Source: Geopsychrobacteraceae bacterium (GTDB lineage: Bacteria > Desulfobacterota > Desulfuromonadia > Desulfuromonadales > Geopsychrobacteraceae). Taken from it: a stretch of 64,000 nt of DNA. Position 1 is the stretch's first letter, and every line of letters begins with the position of its first letter. The stretch lies in NCBI GenBank assembly GCA_963676795.2, contig CAXXTB010000002.1:320001-384000 (forward strand), written 5' to 3'. This document shows positions 1 to 10,153 of this stretch, piece after piece. The translations under genes and the position numbers were made by a program. The notes beneath the pieces are model-generated. The model had not been told where the DNA came from. It did not search any database and saw nothing but the letters and a program-made list of their open reading frames with translations.

Positions 1-873
1 GGTCATGCCATTGTTGTCGTCTTGGAAGAGCCTATGAGTGAGGGTGGAGTAGACCGTTTTTCGCTTTTTTGCGGTTACCTGGAGCGCTGGTTTGCAAGCC
101 ACATCCAGGAGCAGGATTCTGTGATTCTGGAGTCGCTGCTTTTGGATGCGATAAAGGACGAGCGTTTTGACTGTGCCGAGTTGTCTCGAAAACTTCAGCT
201 CGCCGGGTGGAAGCGTGACGATCAATTGGTTTTTCTAAAGCTGGATGCCGCATATCAGCCATACAGTATCAATACACATCTATGCCGAACATTGAATGAA
301 AATTTCGACAGCTTATATGCAATAAAATACGATCTTTCTATTTGCGTTCTATGCAATCTGTCACTTTTTTCTCTTGAAGAGCTGGAAAAAAAGATCAGGC
401 CATTACTTTTGAGAAGTAAGTATTATGGAGTTGCAGGCCTGATTTTCAAGATGGAAGGCTCCCTGTACGGCAACTATAAATATATTGACCAGATATCGGA
501 CTATTGCGACAAAACTCCCGGAGAGTTATATGATGGGAGGCAACATACGATGCTGTATGCAATCAGCGAACTGCAAAAAACGATCATCCCGGAAATAATT
601 CACCCTCTTCTTTTTGAATTGCAGGATTATGATCGTAGTCATAGGACTGATCTGTACAAAACACTGTATGTGTACTTAAAAAATGAACGCAGCCCCATTG
701 CAACGGCTAAGGAATTGAATCTGCACAGAAATTCACTTACATACCGCCTGAAACAACTCGAAGAATTGATGAGATACAATTTGGATGATTTCAATACGAG
801 GCTTCATATTTTAATATCATATAAAATTGAAAGTGCTTCCAGTAGAACCTCTGCTGGCAACAGCGTCATGTAG
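1..873 (+). CDS. PucR/CdaR-family transcriptional regulator (5' truncated by window edge)
   Basis: Frame is open from base 1. The C-terminus TLYVYLKNERSPIATAKELNLHRNSLTYRL is a typical PucR C-terminal HTH. Confidence 0.85.
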   Translation, partial: GHAIVVVLEEPMSEGGVDRFSLFCGYLERWFASHIQEQDSVILESLLLDAIKDERFDCAELSRKLQLAGWKRDDQLVFLKLDAAYQPYSINTHLCRTLNENFDSLYAIKYDLSICVLCNLSLFSLEELEKKIRPLLLRSKYYGVAGLIFKMEGSLYGNYKYIDQISDYCDKTPGELYDGRQHTMLYAISELQKTIIPEIIHPLLFELQDYDRSHRTDLYKTLYVYLKNERSPIATAKELNLHRNSLTYRLKQLEELMRYNLDDFNTRLHILISYKIESASSRTSAGNSVM

Positions 874-893
874 CCTGGATGTTTTATCATCAG

Positions 894-933
894 AAAAAAA
901 GGACAGTTCGCGATTACACGAGCCGTCCTTTTT
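894..933. terminator. Bidirectional rho-independent terminator
   Basis: A7-GGACAGTTCG...CGAGCCGTCC-T5 hairpin between convergent genes. Confidence 0.65.
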
Positions 934-1014
934 ATTGCATTACAGAAGGGCCACGATTAAAAAAACAAATCAACTTCGATAATCCTGCAATTTCTGCATT
1001 CTATCGAAACCCTG

Positions 1015-1851
1015 TTAGTCCTCAAGGATTCTGCCCTCCTGCTCCTTGTAGATTCTTGGCAGGAGGCGCGCCAGGTTTGCGTACTCCCTGACATTGTGCT
1101 GCGCAAGGCTCTTCGGTACGATTTCCGGAATCCTTACAGGCTTCGGCAGGCAGTGGACTGGTACCTGGTCGACCATCTTTTTACCCATCCAGAAGCGGGT
1201 TCTCATTTCGACGCCACCTTCAATCTCTCTGCAGAAGTGACACATAGCTGCAGGGTTCTTAAATCCAGGTGCTCCAGGAGGTGGATCAATCATACGCGAA
1301 ACACCATTACCACCGAAGAAAACCATGGTTTTGGGGTCGTACTTGCTCATATCAAAACCAAAGTCTTCGGGTGACATGAAGCTGATGTAGATGTCTTCGG
1401 TAGGACCGTCGCAAGACTCCACAACGTGGTGAGTCACACCGTAGATCTTTTCCTCGTAGCTGAGCTTCGGGTCAAGTAACTTGGCCCGATCTTCCTGAGA
1501 GGTGGAGATGTGGTAGTGACATGGCGGAAACCAGATCTTGTAGCGCAGGTCCTCAACGGCATGCCAGGCAAACCACCACTTCATCATGTCGAGGGTAACA
1601 CCTTCGAAGATGTTGTGGTTGGCGATAAAGCCGGAACCATCGTCCATGACGCACCAGCCGATTTCGGTATCCAGGTAACCTGGGTTCAGCAGGTCGTCTT
1701 TCTTGTCCAGGGGCAGAGCCTTGGATGGATCTATAGGAACCTGCATTTTGGCCATTTTTTCTGGGTCAAAGGGAGCAGGTTCTTCGTAGAAGTACTTTGC
1801 GTACGACGTATTTTTCTGAGCTTCAGTTAAAGCGTAACGTTCCAGGAACAT
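1015..1851 (-). CDS. PhlG/phloretin hydrolase-family C-C hydrolase (copy 2)
   Basis: WWFAWH, RYKIWFPPCH, HHVVE, MCHFCR, EMRTRFWMG and QHNVRE motifs of the DAPG-hydrolase family, with the His/Glu/His/Glu Zn ligands present. Confidence 0.88.
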   Translation of the reverse strand: MFLERYALTEAQKNTSYAKYFYEEPAPFDPEKMAKMQVPIDPSKALPLDKKDDLLNPGYLDTEIGWCVMDDGSGFIANHNIFEGVTLDMMKWWFAWHAVEDLRYKIWFPPCHYHISTSQEDRAKLLDPKLSYEEKIYGVTHHVVESCDGPTEDIYISFMSPEDFGFDMSKYDPKTMVFFGGNGVSRMIDPPPGAPGFKNPAAMCHFCREIEGGVEMRTRFWMGKKMVDQVPVHCLPKPVRIPEIVPKSLAQHNVREYANLARLLPRIYKEQEGRILED

Positions 1852-1866
1852 GATAGCTTTCCTCCC

Positions 1867-3582
1867 TTATTGTTTGGCCGTCGGTTGATAACGATACTGA
1901 TCGATCGGAATATCCTCGTATGTGACATCAATCGATCCATCCTTGTCCTGAAGAACAATCCATTTCATCCAGTTCTGATCGTCACGTTCTGGATAATCTT
2001 CACGGACGTGCCATCCTCGGGTCTCTTTTCTCAGAAGAGCTGCAGTGAAATACAATTCCGCACAAAGAGCCATGTTACGGAGGTCGTGCCACTGTCCCAG
2101 CATGTGGAAATCATTCTGTGGGCTCAGTTCAGGCAGGCGACTCTGAACGTGCTTTACTTTGTCGAGCGCCTCTTCAAGCCGATCGGCATGCTTTCTGACT
2201 GAGTAGCGTGGTGGAGCAATGGCTTCCTTCAGGTAGAAGATGTGGTCACGAATGTCGCGGCCTTCGGTTATCTCCATCTGGGCAAATATTTGTTTACGGA
2301 ACGCGTTGGCCTGTACTTCGTCAATAACGAGCTCTTCTGCGTTCTGAGTTCTTGCCACGACCTCATCGACACACATAAAGGCAGAGGCGGCTGCCCACAT
2401 CAGTCCTGAACCTCTCATGCGAGCCGGAGCTGGGACTGCTCCGCCAACAGAGCAACCAGTACGTGAGGTGTCGCCGATTGCCCACAATCCATCCATGGTG
2501 GTTTTCATGGAGTGGGTAACTTTCAGCGGAGCAAACTCACCTATAAAGATTGGGTGAACGATAGGCTTCCATCTTGAATCGACAGTGAATTTTTCTTCTT
2601 TGCCCATTTCCAGCCAGTGGAACCTGTCGGCCCATTTTCTGTCCCATTTGAACAGAAAACCGCCAGCTCCGAGAGGGTTGTTGTTGAAAAATTCGGTTTC
2701 TTCAAAAACGATAGGGCCTCGACCTTCCATGACTTCCTTTTCCATGCCGAGGAAGATGCCGATATCGAAATCACATTCAGTTTCGGCGCAGTATTCAGGA
2801 GCAAGTCGCTTGCCTTCGCTGTTGTAGATGGAGTACTGGGAACCAACCTGAACCGCGCTGCCGCCCGGCAGGCCGACATTGTAGAAGTTAGAGTACTCGG
2901 CGTTCTGAATTTTGGCACCGGCACGATATGCGGCAGCGATACCGTCGCCCCGCCCGGAACGCCACATGTGCATGACATCCCAGTTACAGCTGCCGGTTGC
3001 CAGGATGGTCGATTTCGCGTGGAAGCAGTTGTATTCGCCGGTGACGATGTTGAAGCCAACGGAACCGGTGATTGTGTTACCCTGTTTCAGTAGTTCGACA
3101 GTCTGGACCTTGTTGACCAAGCGAATGCCGATTTTTTTGGCATACTTGTGCAGAATAAACATGAAGTCCAGATCGATAGCGGTCAGGCACCAGAGTGGAA
3201 GACCTTCGGCGCCGGAAAGGCTGCCATCAACCTCACGCATGCAGGGGATGCCCCAGCGTTCGAGGTCCTTGACAACTTCACGACTGGTGAGAGCATACTT
3301 TTCGAGCAGGTTCTGGTCGTTCAGGTAGTGGCCGATGTTTTCGAGATTGTACTTGATGAACGAGTCCAGATCCTTGTCTTCCGGGACGACCTGAAGAACA
3401 CCGGCACCTTTATTTGCTTTGCTTCCCGAGAGTCCAGTCGTTGCTTTATCGACAATCAGAACGTCCAGATTTTCATCTTTTTCTTTAATTTTGATTGCTG
3501 CATACAAACCTGCAATTCCGCCACCAAGGACGAGAACATCACTGGTATAAACCTGACCCGCTTCTTGATTCTTATCACTCAT
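1867..3582 (-). CDS. FAD-dependent oxidoreductase, SdhA/FrdA/AprA fold (copy 2)
   Basis: N-terminal GGGIAG dinucleotide motif, ILATGS, GDGIAAAYRAGA and C-terminal RKETRGWHVREDYP. No SdhA covalent-FAD His segment. Confidence 0.85.
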   Translation of the reverse strand: MSDKNQEAGQVYTSDVLVLGGGIAGLYAAIKIKEKDENLDVLIVDKATTGLSGSKANKGAGVLQVVPEDKDLDSFIKYNLENIGHYLNDQNLLEKYALTSREVVKDLERWGIPCMREVDGSLSGAEGLPLWCLTAIDLDFMFILHKYAKKIGIRLVNKVQTVELLKQGNTITGSVGFNIVTGEYNCFHAKSTILATGSCNWDVMHMWRSGRGDGIAAAYRAGAKIQNAEYSNFYNVGLPGGSAVQVGSQYSIYNSEGKRLAPEYCAETECDFDIGIFLGMEKEVMEGRGPIVFEETEFFNNNPLGAGGFLFKWDRKWADRFHWLEMGKEEKFTVDSRWKPIVHPIFIGEFAPLKVTHSMKTTMDGLWAIGDTSRTGCSVGGAVPAPARMRGSGLMWAAASAFMCVDEVVARTQNAEELVIDEVQANAFRKQIFAQMEITEGRDIRDHIFYLKEAIAPPRYSVRKHADRLEEALDKVKHVQSRLPELSPQNDFHMLGQWHDLRNMALCAELYFTAALLRKETRGWHVREDYPERDDQNWMKWIVLQDKDGSIDVTYEDIPIDQYRYQPTAKQ

Positions 3583-3597
3583 TATTTGTCTCCCATA

Positions 3598-3879
3598 TCA
3601 CTTTTCAACATAAGATTTCGGGTAAAACTCCCGTGGGAAAGGCTCAGGCATTCGCACGGGGTTGCGGGGGATAACCTCGATTGCCTTAACGGGGCAGATG
3701 ATCTCACACCAGTTACAGGTTGCGCACTCTTCCGGATACTTCGCGAATGGCTTCTTAGACTTCTCATCGAATCTGATGACGTCCATGTGGCATGTGTCGT
3801 AGCATTTTCTGCATCCGACACATTTCTCCAGATCAATCTTGATCACGTGAGCGGTATAATTACTGAAAAATGTTCCCAT
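3598..3879 (-). CDS. 2x[4Fe-4S] ferredoxin-like subunit (AprB-like)
   Basis: CVGCRKCYDTC and CATCNWCEIICP plus a C-terminal tail; directly upstream of the flavoprotein. Confidence 0.88.
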   Translation of the reverse strand: MGTFFSNYTAHVIKIDLEKCVGCRKCYDTCHMDVIRFDEKSKKPFAKYPEECATCNWCEIICPVKAIEVIPRNPVRMPEPFPREFYPKSYVEK

Positions 3880-3940
3880 AGCAGCTTCCTTTCGTGTGTA
3901 AATGCTATTTTGGGAATATTAGTGATTGAACCTCAGTCAA

Positions 3941-3960
3941 GTCTAATGCTATTGCCTCAT
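3941..3960 (-). promoter_or_regulatory. Putative LysR-type binding box upstream of ferredoxin-flavoprotein-PhlG operon 2
   Basis: GTCTAATGCTATTGCCTCAT closely matches GTCTAATGCCGATGTCTTAT at 7151-7170 and contains T-N11-A. Confidence 0.5.
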
Positions 3961-4170
3961 GGCGCTTATTCTTAAAATTACTGATGCTGCTCACTGCTGT
4001 TCGGTTAAGAAACCGTGAAGAACTGTAACTTTTGATAATGGTATCTTTTTTTCCGTCATTGGCACGTTTTTGATTTGAATTTGCCTCTCCTCTGCGAGGA
4101 GATTTTTTGTAACTTATGCAGGAGAGATCGGTTAATTGTTTCAAGCCGGATAGCGATTCAAACCGTGACG

Positions 4171-4209
4171 AAAAAAAATCCCGTGAACTCATCGGAATTC
4201 ACGGGATTC
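4171..4209 (-). terminator. Rho-independent terminator ending operon 1
   Basis: Minus strand reads AATCCCGTGAA-loop-TTCACGGGA followed by T8. Confidence 0.8.
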
Positions 4210-4261
4210 TTAACTGAAGGAAAGAACAATAACTTCAGCTATTACTTATGTCTCTAAGCAC

Positions 4262-5965
4262 TTAACGGCCCGGAGGCGGCTGGACCGGCCAGTTCTTGTA
4301 TGGGACATCCTCGGTATCAAATACCATCTCTCCATCAACATTTTTGACCGTGATGTACTTGAGCCAGTTTTGGTTGTCCATATCCGGGTAGTCTTCCCTC
4401 AAGAACCAGCCCCGTGATTCCTTCCTCAAGGAAGATGCCTTGAATTGCATCTCGGCGGACAAGACCATCGCTTCAGCCTCATGACAGTTAGACAGGTCAT
4501 GAAGATCCTTTGCTGCCATTTGTGGAACTTTCTTCTTAATCTTAGAGATCTTTCTGTCTCCGATGTCGAGTCGGCCTTGGCTCATGTAGACACTGTTCTC
4601 AATCGGGCCAACAGCTTCTCTGACACCATCGATAACTTCTTCAGAAGAGACACCTGCTTCTCGCTGCAGCGGTGCGTAAGTTCTTTCTTGACTCTTCGCA
4701 ACCTGAGCTTCATCGACACGGGCAGCCCTGGCAGCTGGAACATATTCACTGATAGATTCCGCTGCAAGAAGACCGTTAAATACAGCGTTCAGGATACCGG
4801 ACCCCCTGTTTCTTCCCGGAGGGGCAGGTACGGCCCCGGTCGCTCCCGAACCGGTGTAAGAGATGTCGCCGATAGCGTACAGGCCATCAATAGTCGTCTT
4901 CATGTCGTGATCGACCTTAACGGGTGACTGCTCTCCGACCAGCGCCATGGTGACTTCTTTGTTGTCACCGTCGACCTCTGCAGCCTTGCCATAGATCTTT
5001 TGCCAGATCTTGAGGCCGTAAGGTCTGTTCCAGACAACCGGAGTCGTGAACATGACAACGCCCTGTGCCGTGACCGGGTGTTCTTCCGGATGGATGTAGA
5101 TAGGGCCTCTGCCAGCGGACATCTGCTTATACCATTCTGCAACTGCACTTGAGCTGACATCGGCCTCAGGGAAACGTCGGAAGTTCTTTGTGACATTATC
5201 CCCCAGAGCGTTATACATGACATTTTCACTGAAAACGAAATCATGATGGCTGTTTGCTTTATATAATTGAGCAAAGTTGCCGAATTCGGGATTTCTCATT
5301 TCCGCACCGGCGCGATAAGCCGCGGCGATGCCTTCGCCACGCCCGTTCCACATCCCCATGATTTTATAGTTCTGGCTACCGGTAGCGAGAACAACAGACT
5401 TTGCCTCAACGACGTAGAATGTACCGTCCAGGAGACTGAACCCTGTAGCGCCGACAGCCTTACCGTCATTCGTCAGGACATCGGACAGAGAGACCTTATC
5501 CATAAACTCGACACCAAGCTTGCTGGCCGTGCGTCTCATCTGGACGGTGATATCAAGATCGACACCTATCATTCCTGTCATTGGACCAGTTGGGATAACC
5601 TTCAGCGACCCATCTTCGTTGTATGGGACCTTTACGCCCCATTCGACCAACTTGTCGATCATCTCATTGTTCATGGAGACATATTTATGCAAGATCTCCT
5701 GGTCGCCCAAATAACAGCCGACATTATGAACATGGTACTCAACAAAGTCCTCAGGTGTAATCCGTTTCGAATCGAAGTACTGGAGAACACCACCGCCCCT
5801 ATTAGCTTTCCCGCTATAGCCGGCAGTATTTTTCTCCATGACCACAACATTTATTTCAGGATTCAGTTCCTTGATTCGGATTGCTGCTGTAAGACCTGCG
5901 GTGCCACCACCCAGAACAAGAACATCGGTCGACATTCTCTTCTGCTCGTATTGAACTTCCTTCAT
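4262..5965 (-). CDS. FAD-dependent oxidoreductase, SdhA/FrdA/AprA fold (copy 1)
   Basis: GGGTAG, VLATGS, GEGIAAAYRAGA and RKESRGWFLREDYP. Paralog of 1867-3582, sharing KANxGxGVLQ and GAVPAPxxxRGSG. Confidence 0.85.
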   Translation of the reverse strand: MKEVQYEQKRMSTDVLVLGGGTAGLTAAIRIKELNPEINVVVMEKNTAGYSGKANRGGGVLQYFDSKRITPEDFVEYHVHNVGCYLGDQEILHKYVSMNNEMIDKLVEWGVKVPYNEDGSLKVIPTGPMTGMIGVDLDITVQMRRTASKLGVEFMDKVSLSDVLTNDGKAVGATGFSLLDGTFYVVEAKSVVLATGSQNYKIMGMWNGRGEGIAAAYRAGAEMRNPEFGNFAQLYKANSHHDFVFSENVMYNALGDNVTKNFRRFPEADVSSSAVAEWYKQMSAGRGPIYIHPEEHPVTAQGVVMFTTPVVWNRPYGLKIWQKIYGKAAEVDGDNKEVTMALVGEQSPVKVDHDMKTTIDGLYAIGDISYTGSGATGAVPAPPGRNRGSGILNAVFNGLLAAESISEYVPAARAARVDEAQVAKSQERTYAPLQREAGVSSEEVIDGVREAVGPIENSVYMSQGRLDIGDRKISKIKKKVPQMAAKDLHDLSNCHEAEAMVLSAEMQFKASSLRKESRGWFLREDYPDMDNQNWLKYITVKNVDGEMVFDTEDVPYKNWPVQPPPGR

Positions 5966-5992
5966 TTTCCTGTTCTCCTTTCTTACAGCAAA

Positions 5993-6232
5993 CTATCTAT
6001 ACCGATCAAAGGTTTGATACCAGCGCAAACCCTCGAAATCAATATCCAGAGTAATACATTCCTTAGGACACAGCGCTTCACACATGGTGCAATGCATGCA
6101 ATCTTGCGGATAAGCAATAATCGGCTTCTTCTTTTCCGCATCCCATCTGATGACGTCAACAAAGCACGCCTTATAACAGATCTGGCAGCCGATGCACTGC
6201 TCTTCATCTACAGTTATTTTATGATTTGCCAT
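5993..6232 (-). CDS. 2x[4Fe-4S] ferredoxin-like subunit
   Basis: CIGCQICYKAC and CMHCTMCEALCP motifs. Confidence 0.88.
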   Translation of the reverse strand: MANHKITVDEEQCIGCQICYKACFVDVIRWDAEKKKPIIAYPQDCMHCTMCEALCPKECITLDIDFEGLRWYQTFDRYR

Positions 6233-6256
6233 CTCGAAAATCTCCTTAATTACCTA

Positions 6257-7075
6257 TCAAAAAAAATTGTCTTTTTCTTCTTCGTAGATTCTTGGTAATA
6301 GCGAAGCCAGGTTCGAGAATTCTTTTATATTATGTAGAAGCAACATCTTAGGCCCAAAAGGCGGCATTCTGAATTTATCTGGCAGGGCTTTCACATCTTT
6401 ACCATCAACGACCGTCCATCCCATCCAGAAACGGGTACGAAGCTCAATGCCTCCCTCAATTTCTCTGACAAAATGGCACATAATAGTTTCCGTTGACGCC
6501 AACGGAGGCTGTCCCTTGCCGTTACCCTTGGCGCACACGATCGTTCCGCAAGCCTCAGTACCGATCTTGCTGGAGTCGAAGCCGAGGTCGGCAGGATTCT
6601 TGAAGTTGATAAACAGCCCTTCAGGTCCCATCCCGATATCTTCCACCACCTCATGGGTGGTATCCCAGTACTTCTCCTTCATGGTCAGATCGGGATCAAG
6701 TGCCTTTGCCTTCTGCATAGACACTGCACTGTAATGGTCAAAAGGATTCCAAACGCTGTAGCGTGGGCTGTCGAGGCCATGCCAGGCAAACCACCAGTCG
6801 AACATTTCGACAGTGACACCCGGCATCTTGGTAAGGTTGGCGACATAGCCGGTTCCGTCCGGCATGGTACAGTAACCGATCTCCGCATCAAGATACCCGG
6901 GCTCAAACAACCGGTTGCGATCCTTGAAAGCCAAAGCCTGGGGTGGAACCAGCATCTGGGCCTGGGCATAGTGCTCCGGCGACCCATCCACCATTTCTTC
7001 GTGGAAATACTTAAAGTAGCTTTTTGTCTTGTCGGCTTCACTTACGGGAACCCGACCCTTAGAGGGGCCTTGCAT
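6257..7075 (-). CDS. PhlG/phloretin hydrolase-family C-C hydrolase (copy 1)
   Basis: WWFAWH, RYSVWNPFDH, HEVVEDIG, MCHFVR, ELRTRFWMG and LHNIKE motifs. RBS GGAGG upstream. Confidence 0.9.
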   Translation of the reverse strand: MQGPSKGRVPVSEADKTKSYFKYFHEEMVDGSPEHYAQAQMLVPPQALAFKDRNRLFEPGYLDAEIGYCTMPDGTGYVANLTKMPGVTVEMFDWWFAWHGLDSPRYSVWNPFDHYSAVSMQKAKALDPDLTMKEKYWDTTHEVVEDIGMGPEGLFINFKNPADLGFDSSKIGTEACGTIVCAKGNGKGQPPLASTETIMCHFVREIEGGIELRTRFWMGWTVVDGKDVKALPDKFRMPPFGPKMLLLHNIKEFSNLASLLPRIYEEEKDNFF

Positions 7076-7150
7076 CTGTTACCTCCAAATCCTGTTCGCT
7101 TTACATGAAAGAAATATTTGAAAATATATAATCATGCTTGTGCAAAAACT

Positions 7151-7191
7151 GTCTAATGCCGATGTCTTATTAACCCATTACAAAAATCGAC
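7151..7191. promoter_or_regulatory. Putative tandem LysR boxes in the divergent PhlG/lysR promoter region
   Basis: ATGC-N7-TTAT at 7156-7170, then 6 nt, then ATTACAAAAATCGAC. Related copies at 3941, 56066 and 62589. Confidence 0.55.
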
Positions 7192-7544
7192 AGTAGTTGG
7201 GTGGGCTACCATCGGTGGGGGTGAGTGCTTGATAGCGGTGAAGCGCAGATATTCTGCTAGACTTAAGGGGATCGATAAGTATTTTGCATGTGTTCATGTT
7301 TATATTTAATTGGTGGGAAGGGGGCGACCTGAGTAGACTGAATTGGAAGATTTTTGAGCGGCCATTAATTGATGCTGTTCAGGGGCAACACACTGTCCTG
7401 TCGTCTTTTGGTGATTTCTCTAAGAAGAGCTCGGGGGAATCGGTCTATTGTGTGGCTGATAACTGAATTTTTAAATTTCACTGTGCTGCAAATCCGCTGG
7501 GCCGGCAGATCGAGGATGTCATCATGTGACAGACTGGAGGATTT

Positions 7545-8426
7545 ATGAATGAAACACAGCTTAAATGCTTTTATTATGCCTGTGAGCATCTCAATTTTAC
7601 CGAAGCCGCAGCGCGGGTATTTATCACTCAACCCGCCCTGAGCAGAAATATCGCCCGACTCGAAGATGAACTAGGCTTTCAGCTTTTTGTCCGTGACGTC
7701 AGACATAAGTGTGTGCGCCTGTCTCCGGCCGGAACCGTATTTTATGAAGGATTAAGGTCGCTCAAGGGACATTTTGAAGCCCTTGTCGCGGAGTCTAAAA
7801 GGGCGGACCGCGGTGAGTCCGGGACGTTAAAGCTCGGCATCTTTGAGGACGAGTATATCGACGAAACGCTGCAGGGGGCGATTTTCGAATTTTCCGAGCG
7901 CTATCCCGACGTTGAACTGATCCTGAAGAAGGTCGGCTACGAGGGGCTGGTTAACGGTCTGCTTGAAGACGACTTCGATATAATTTTCACCCTGGAGTTA
8001 GATGTTCAAAATCAGGCCGAAATCGTTTATGACGATATGTACTATATTCCTGTGCGCTTGGCGATGCACAAGTCGCACCCGCTTGCCGAACGGAGCGATC
8101 TGTCGCTCGTCGATTTCAGGGATGAAACCTTTATTGTCTTTCCGAATGAGGTTGCCGGTCGACTGAATGACCTGCTTATGAAGACCTGTGGTGCCGCCGG
8201 CTTTGTGCCGAATACCATTGTCGCTTCGGACCTGAAGACCCAGCTGCTGTGGATTGAAATCGGCCGCGGTATCGCCGGAGTCAGTGGGCGTAGCTATATC
8301 GCCAACAGTCCGACGATCAAGATGATGCAGATTGCCGACATGAAGGATGTCATGTACGTCCGTGCCTGGAAGAGGGAAAATTACAATCCGGCAATCGCGT
8401 TATTCAATTCGGTAATGGATCTATGA
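7545..8426 (+). CDS. LysR-family transcriptional regulator
   Basis: NFTEAAARVFITQPALSRNIARLEDELGFQLF HTH plus a substrate-binding domain; divergent from the PhlG operon. Confidence 0.95.
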   Translation: MNETQLKCFYYACEHLNFTEAAARVFITQPALSRNIARLEDELGFQLFVRDVRHKCVRLSPAGTVFYEGLRSLKGHFEALVAESKRADRGESGTLKLGIFEDEYIDETLQGAIFEFSERYPDVELILKKVGYEGLVNGLLEDDFDIIFTLELDVQNQAEIVYDDMYYIPVRLAMHKSHPLAERSDLSLVDFRDETFIVFPNEVAGRLNDLLMKTCGAAGFVPNTIVASDLKTQLLWIEIGRGIAGVSGRSYIANSPTIKMMQIADMKDVMYVRAWKRENYNPAIALFNSVMDL

Positions 8427-8700
8427 ATTTTTGTCATTAGACAGATCCCCGAATGTGACATTAGTATGCTCCAGTCCGTCATTCCATTGTTGTTTTGACT
8501 GAAATACATATAGAACCTGCCTCGGGTACTTTCCATTTGTAGATAATAGAAAACTCTCCAGTTTACTTGTCTGTGGAAGTTCGCTCTGTACGCCTTTGTG
8601 CTCGTTGGGTTGGTTAGGCATGTCTGCGTCTGTTTTTTTGGTCTCGTGTCAATGGATTTGACCTGTGGATAAATGAATTACTCTCAACTTAAGTGAGCAC

Positions 8701-9288
8701 ATGCCCATGGTAACCCTGATCCTGATCTTAATCAGCGCCGTCTTTGTCAACAACTTCGTGTTGGCCCGTTTTCTGGGGATCTGTCCCTTTTTAGGGGTCT
8801 CGAAGAAGGTCGATACCGCCCTTGGGATGGGGATGGCGGTTATCTTCGTCATGACCGTCGCCTCGGTCGTTACCTGGTTCATCCAGTACTTCATTTTGGG
8901 GCGTTTCGGCATCGAGTACCTGCAGACCATCGCCTTCATCCTGGTCATCGCCTCGCTGGTCCAGCTGGTCGAGATGGTCATCCAGAAATCGAGTCCTGTG
9001 TTGTATCAGTCGCTCGGCATCTTCCTGCCGCTGATCACTACCAACTGCGCCGTCTTGGGTGTCGCCGTGCTCAATATCCAGAAGAGCTACAGCTTCCTGG
9101 AGTCGGTCGTCTTCGCCATCGGCGCCGGGCTTGGCTTTACCCTGGCCATGGTCCTGTTCGCAGGGCTTAGAGAGCGGATCGACTTAAGTCCGGTGCCCAA
9201 AAGCTTCTGCGGTACCGCCGTCGCCCTGGTCACCGCCGGTCTGCTGTCACTGGCCTTCATGGGTTTTGCCGGCCTAGTCAAAGGCTAG
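8701..9288 (+). CDS. rnfA: Rnf electron transport complex subunit A
   Basis: [16 protein letters not shown] and [12 protein letters not shown] signatures. Confidence 0.95.
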   Translation: MPMVTLILILISAVFVNNFVLARFLGICPFLGVSKKVDTALGMGMAVIFVMTVASVVTWFIQYFILGRFGIEYLQTIAFILVIASLVQLVEMVIQKSSPVLYQSLGIFLPLITTNCAVLGVAVLNIQKSYSFLESVVFAIGAGLGFTLAMVLFAGLRERIDLSPVPKSFCGTAVALVTAGLLSLAFMGFAGLVKG

Positions 9289-9313
9289 CCGTTTCCGATA
9301 GAGGATTAATCTT

Positions 9314-10138
9314 ATGCTCACATCCATACTCTGCCTCGGCGGCATCGGTCTGATCGCCTCACTGACCTTAGGCTTTGCCGCCAAGAAATTCGCCGTTGAG
9401 GTCGATCCCCGCGAAGCGGCCATCTTAGACGCCCTGCCTGGGGCCAACTGCGGGGCCTGCGGCCAGGCCGGCTGCTCCGGTTACGCCAAGGCCGTCGCCG
9501 AAGGGCGCCTTGCGCCCAATCTCTGTACCCCGGGCGGCAGCAGTACCCTGGAAGCGATCGCCGCCATCCTTGGTATCGAAGCCTCAGCCGCCGAACCGGT
9601 CGTCGCCGTGGTCAAGTGCCAGGGGGATAATGAGAAAGCCATGCCTAAGTACCAGTACCTGGGGCTCACCGACTGCAACGCCGCCCAGAAAATCGCCGAC
9701 GGCCCCAAGGCCTGCCCCGGCGGCTGCCTGGGCTTAGGTTCCTGCGAGCGGATCTGCCCCTTTGACGCCATCCATATCAATGACAAGGGGCTCGCCGTTG
9801 TCGACCGCAACAAATGTACCGGCTGCGGCAAGTGCGTCTCCGTCTGCCCGCGCGGTGTCATCAGCCTGGCCCCTAAATCGGTCACCACCCATGTCCTGTG
9901 CAACAGCCACGACAAGGGCGCTCTGGTTCGCAAATACTGCCAGGTCGGCTGTATCGGCTGCATGATCTGCAAGAAGACCGTCCCCGAGGGTTATGTCATC
10001 GAGAACTTCCTGGCCAGTGTCGTCTACGAGAAGCCGGAAGGGATCGAAGCCGCCATCGGGAAGTGCCCGATGAAATGTATCCATGACTACGCTACTCCTG
10101 CCCAAAAAACTGCAGTCGAGCCCGATAGCGCCGCTTAA
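9314..10138 (+). CDS. rnfB: Rnf subunit B
   Basis: N-terminal TM helix, LPGANCGACGQAGC FeS domain and several CxxCxxCxxxCP motifs. Confidence 0.93.
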   Translation: MLTSILCLGGIGLIASLTLGFAAKKFAVEVDPREAAILDALPGANCGACGQAGCSGYAKAVAEGRLAPNLCTPGGSSTLEAIAAILGIEASAAEPVVAVVKCQGDNEKAMPKYQYLGLTDCNAAQKIADGPKACPGGCLGLGSCERICPFDAIHINDKGLAVVDRNKCTGCGKCVSVCPRGVISLAPKSVTTHVLCNSHDKGALVRKYCQVGCIGCMICKKTVPEGYVIENFLASVVYEKPEGIEAAIGKCPMKCIHDYATPAQKTAVEPDSAA

Positions 10139-10153
10139 AGCGAGGTACCCCCC

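Noticed and set aside
1867..6232. aprAB (APS reductase) or sdhAB/frdAB assignment for the flavoprotein-ferredoxin pairs
   Set aside because: Only the fold matches. The proteins lack the SdhA covalent-FAD His segment, membrane anchors and any sat/qmo context, and their neighbours are PhlG hydrolases.
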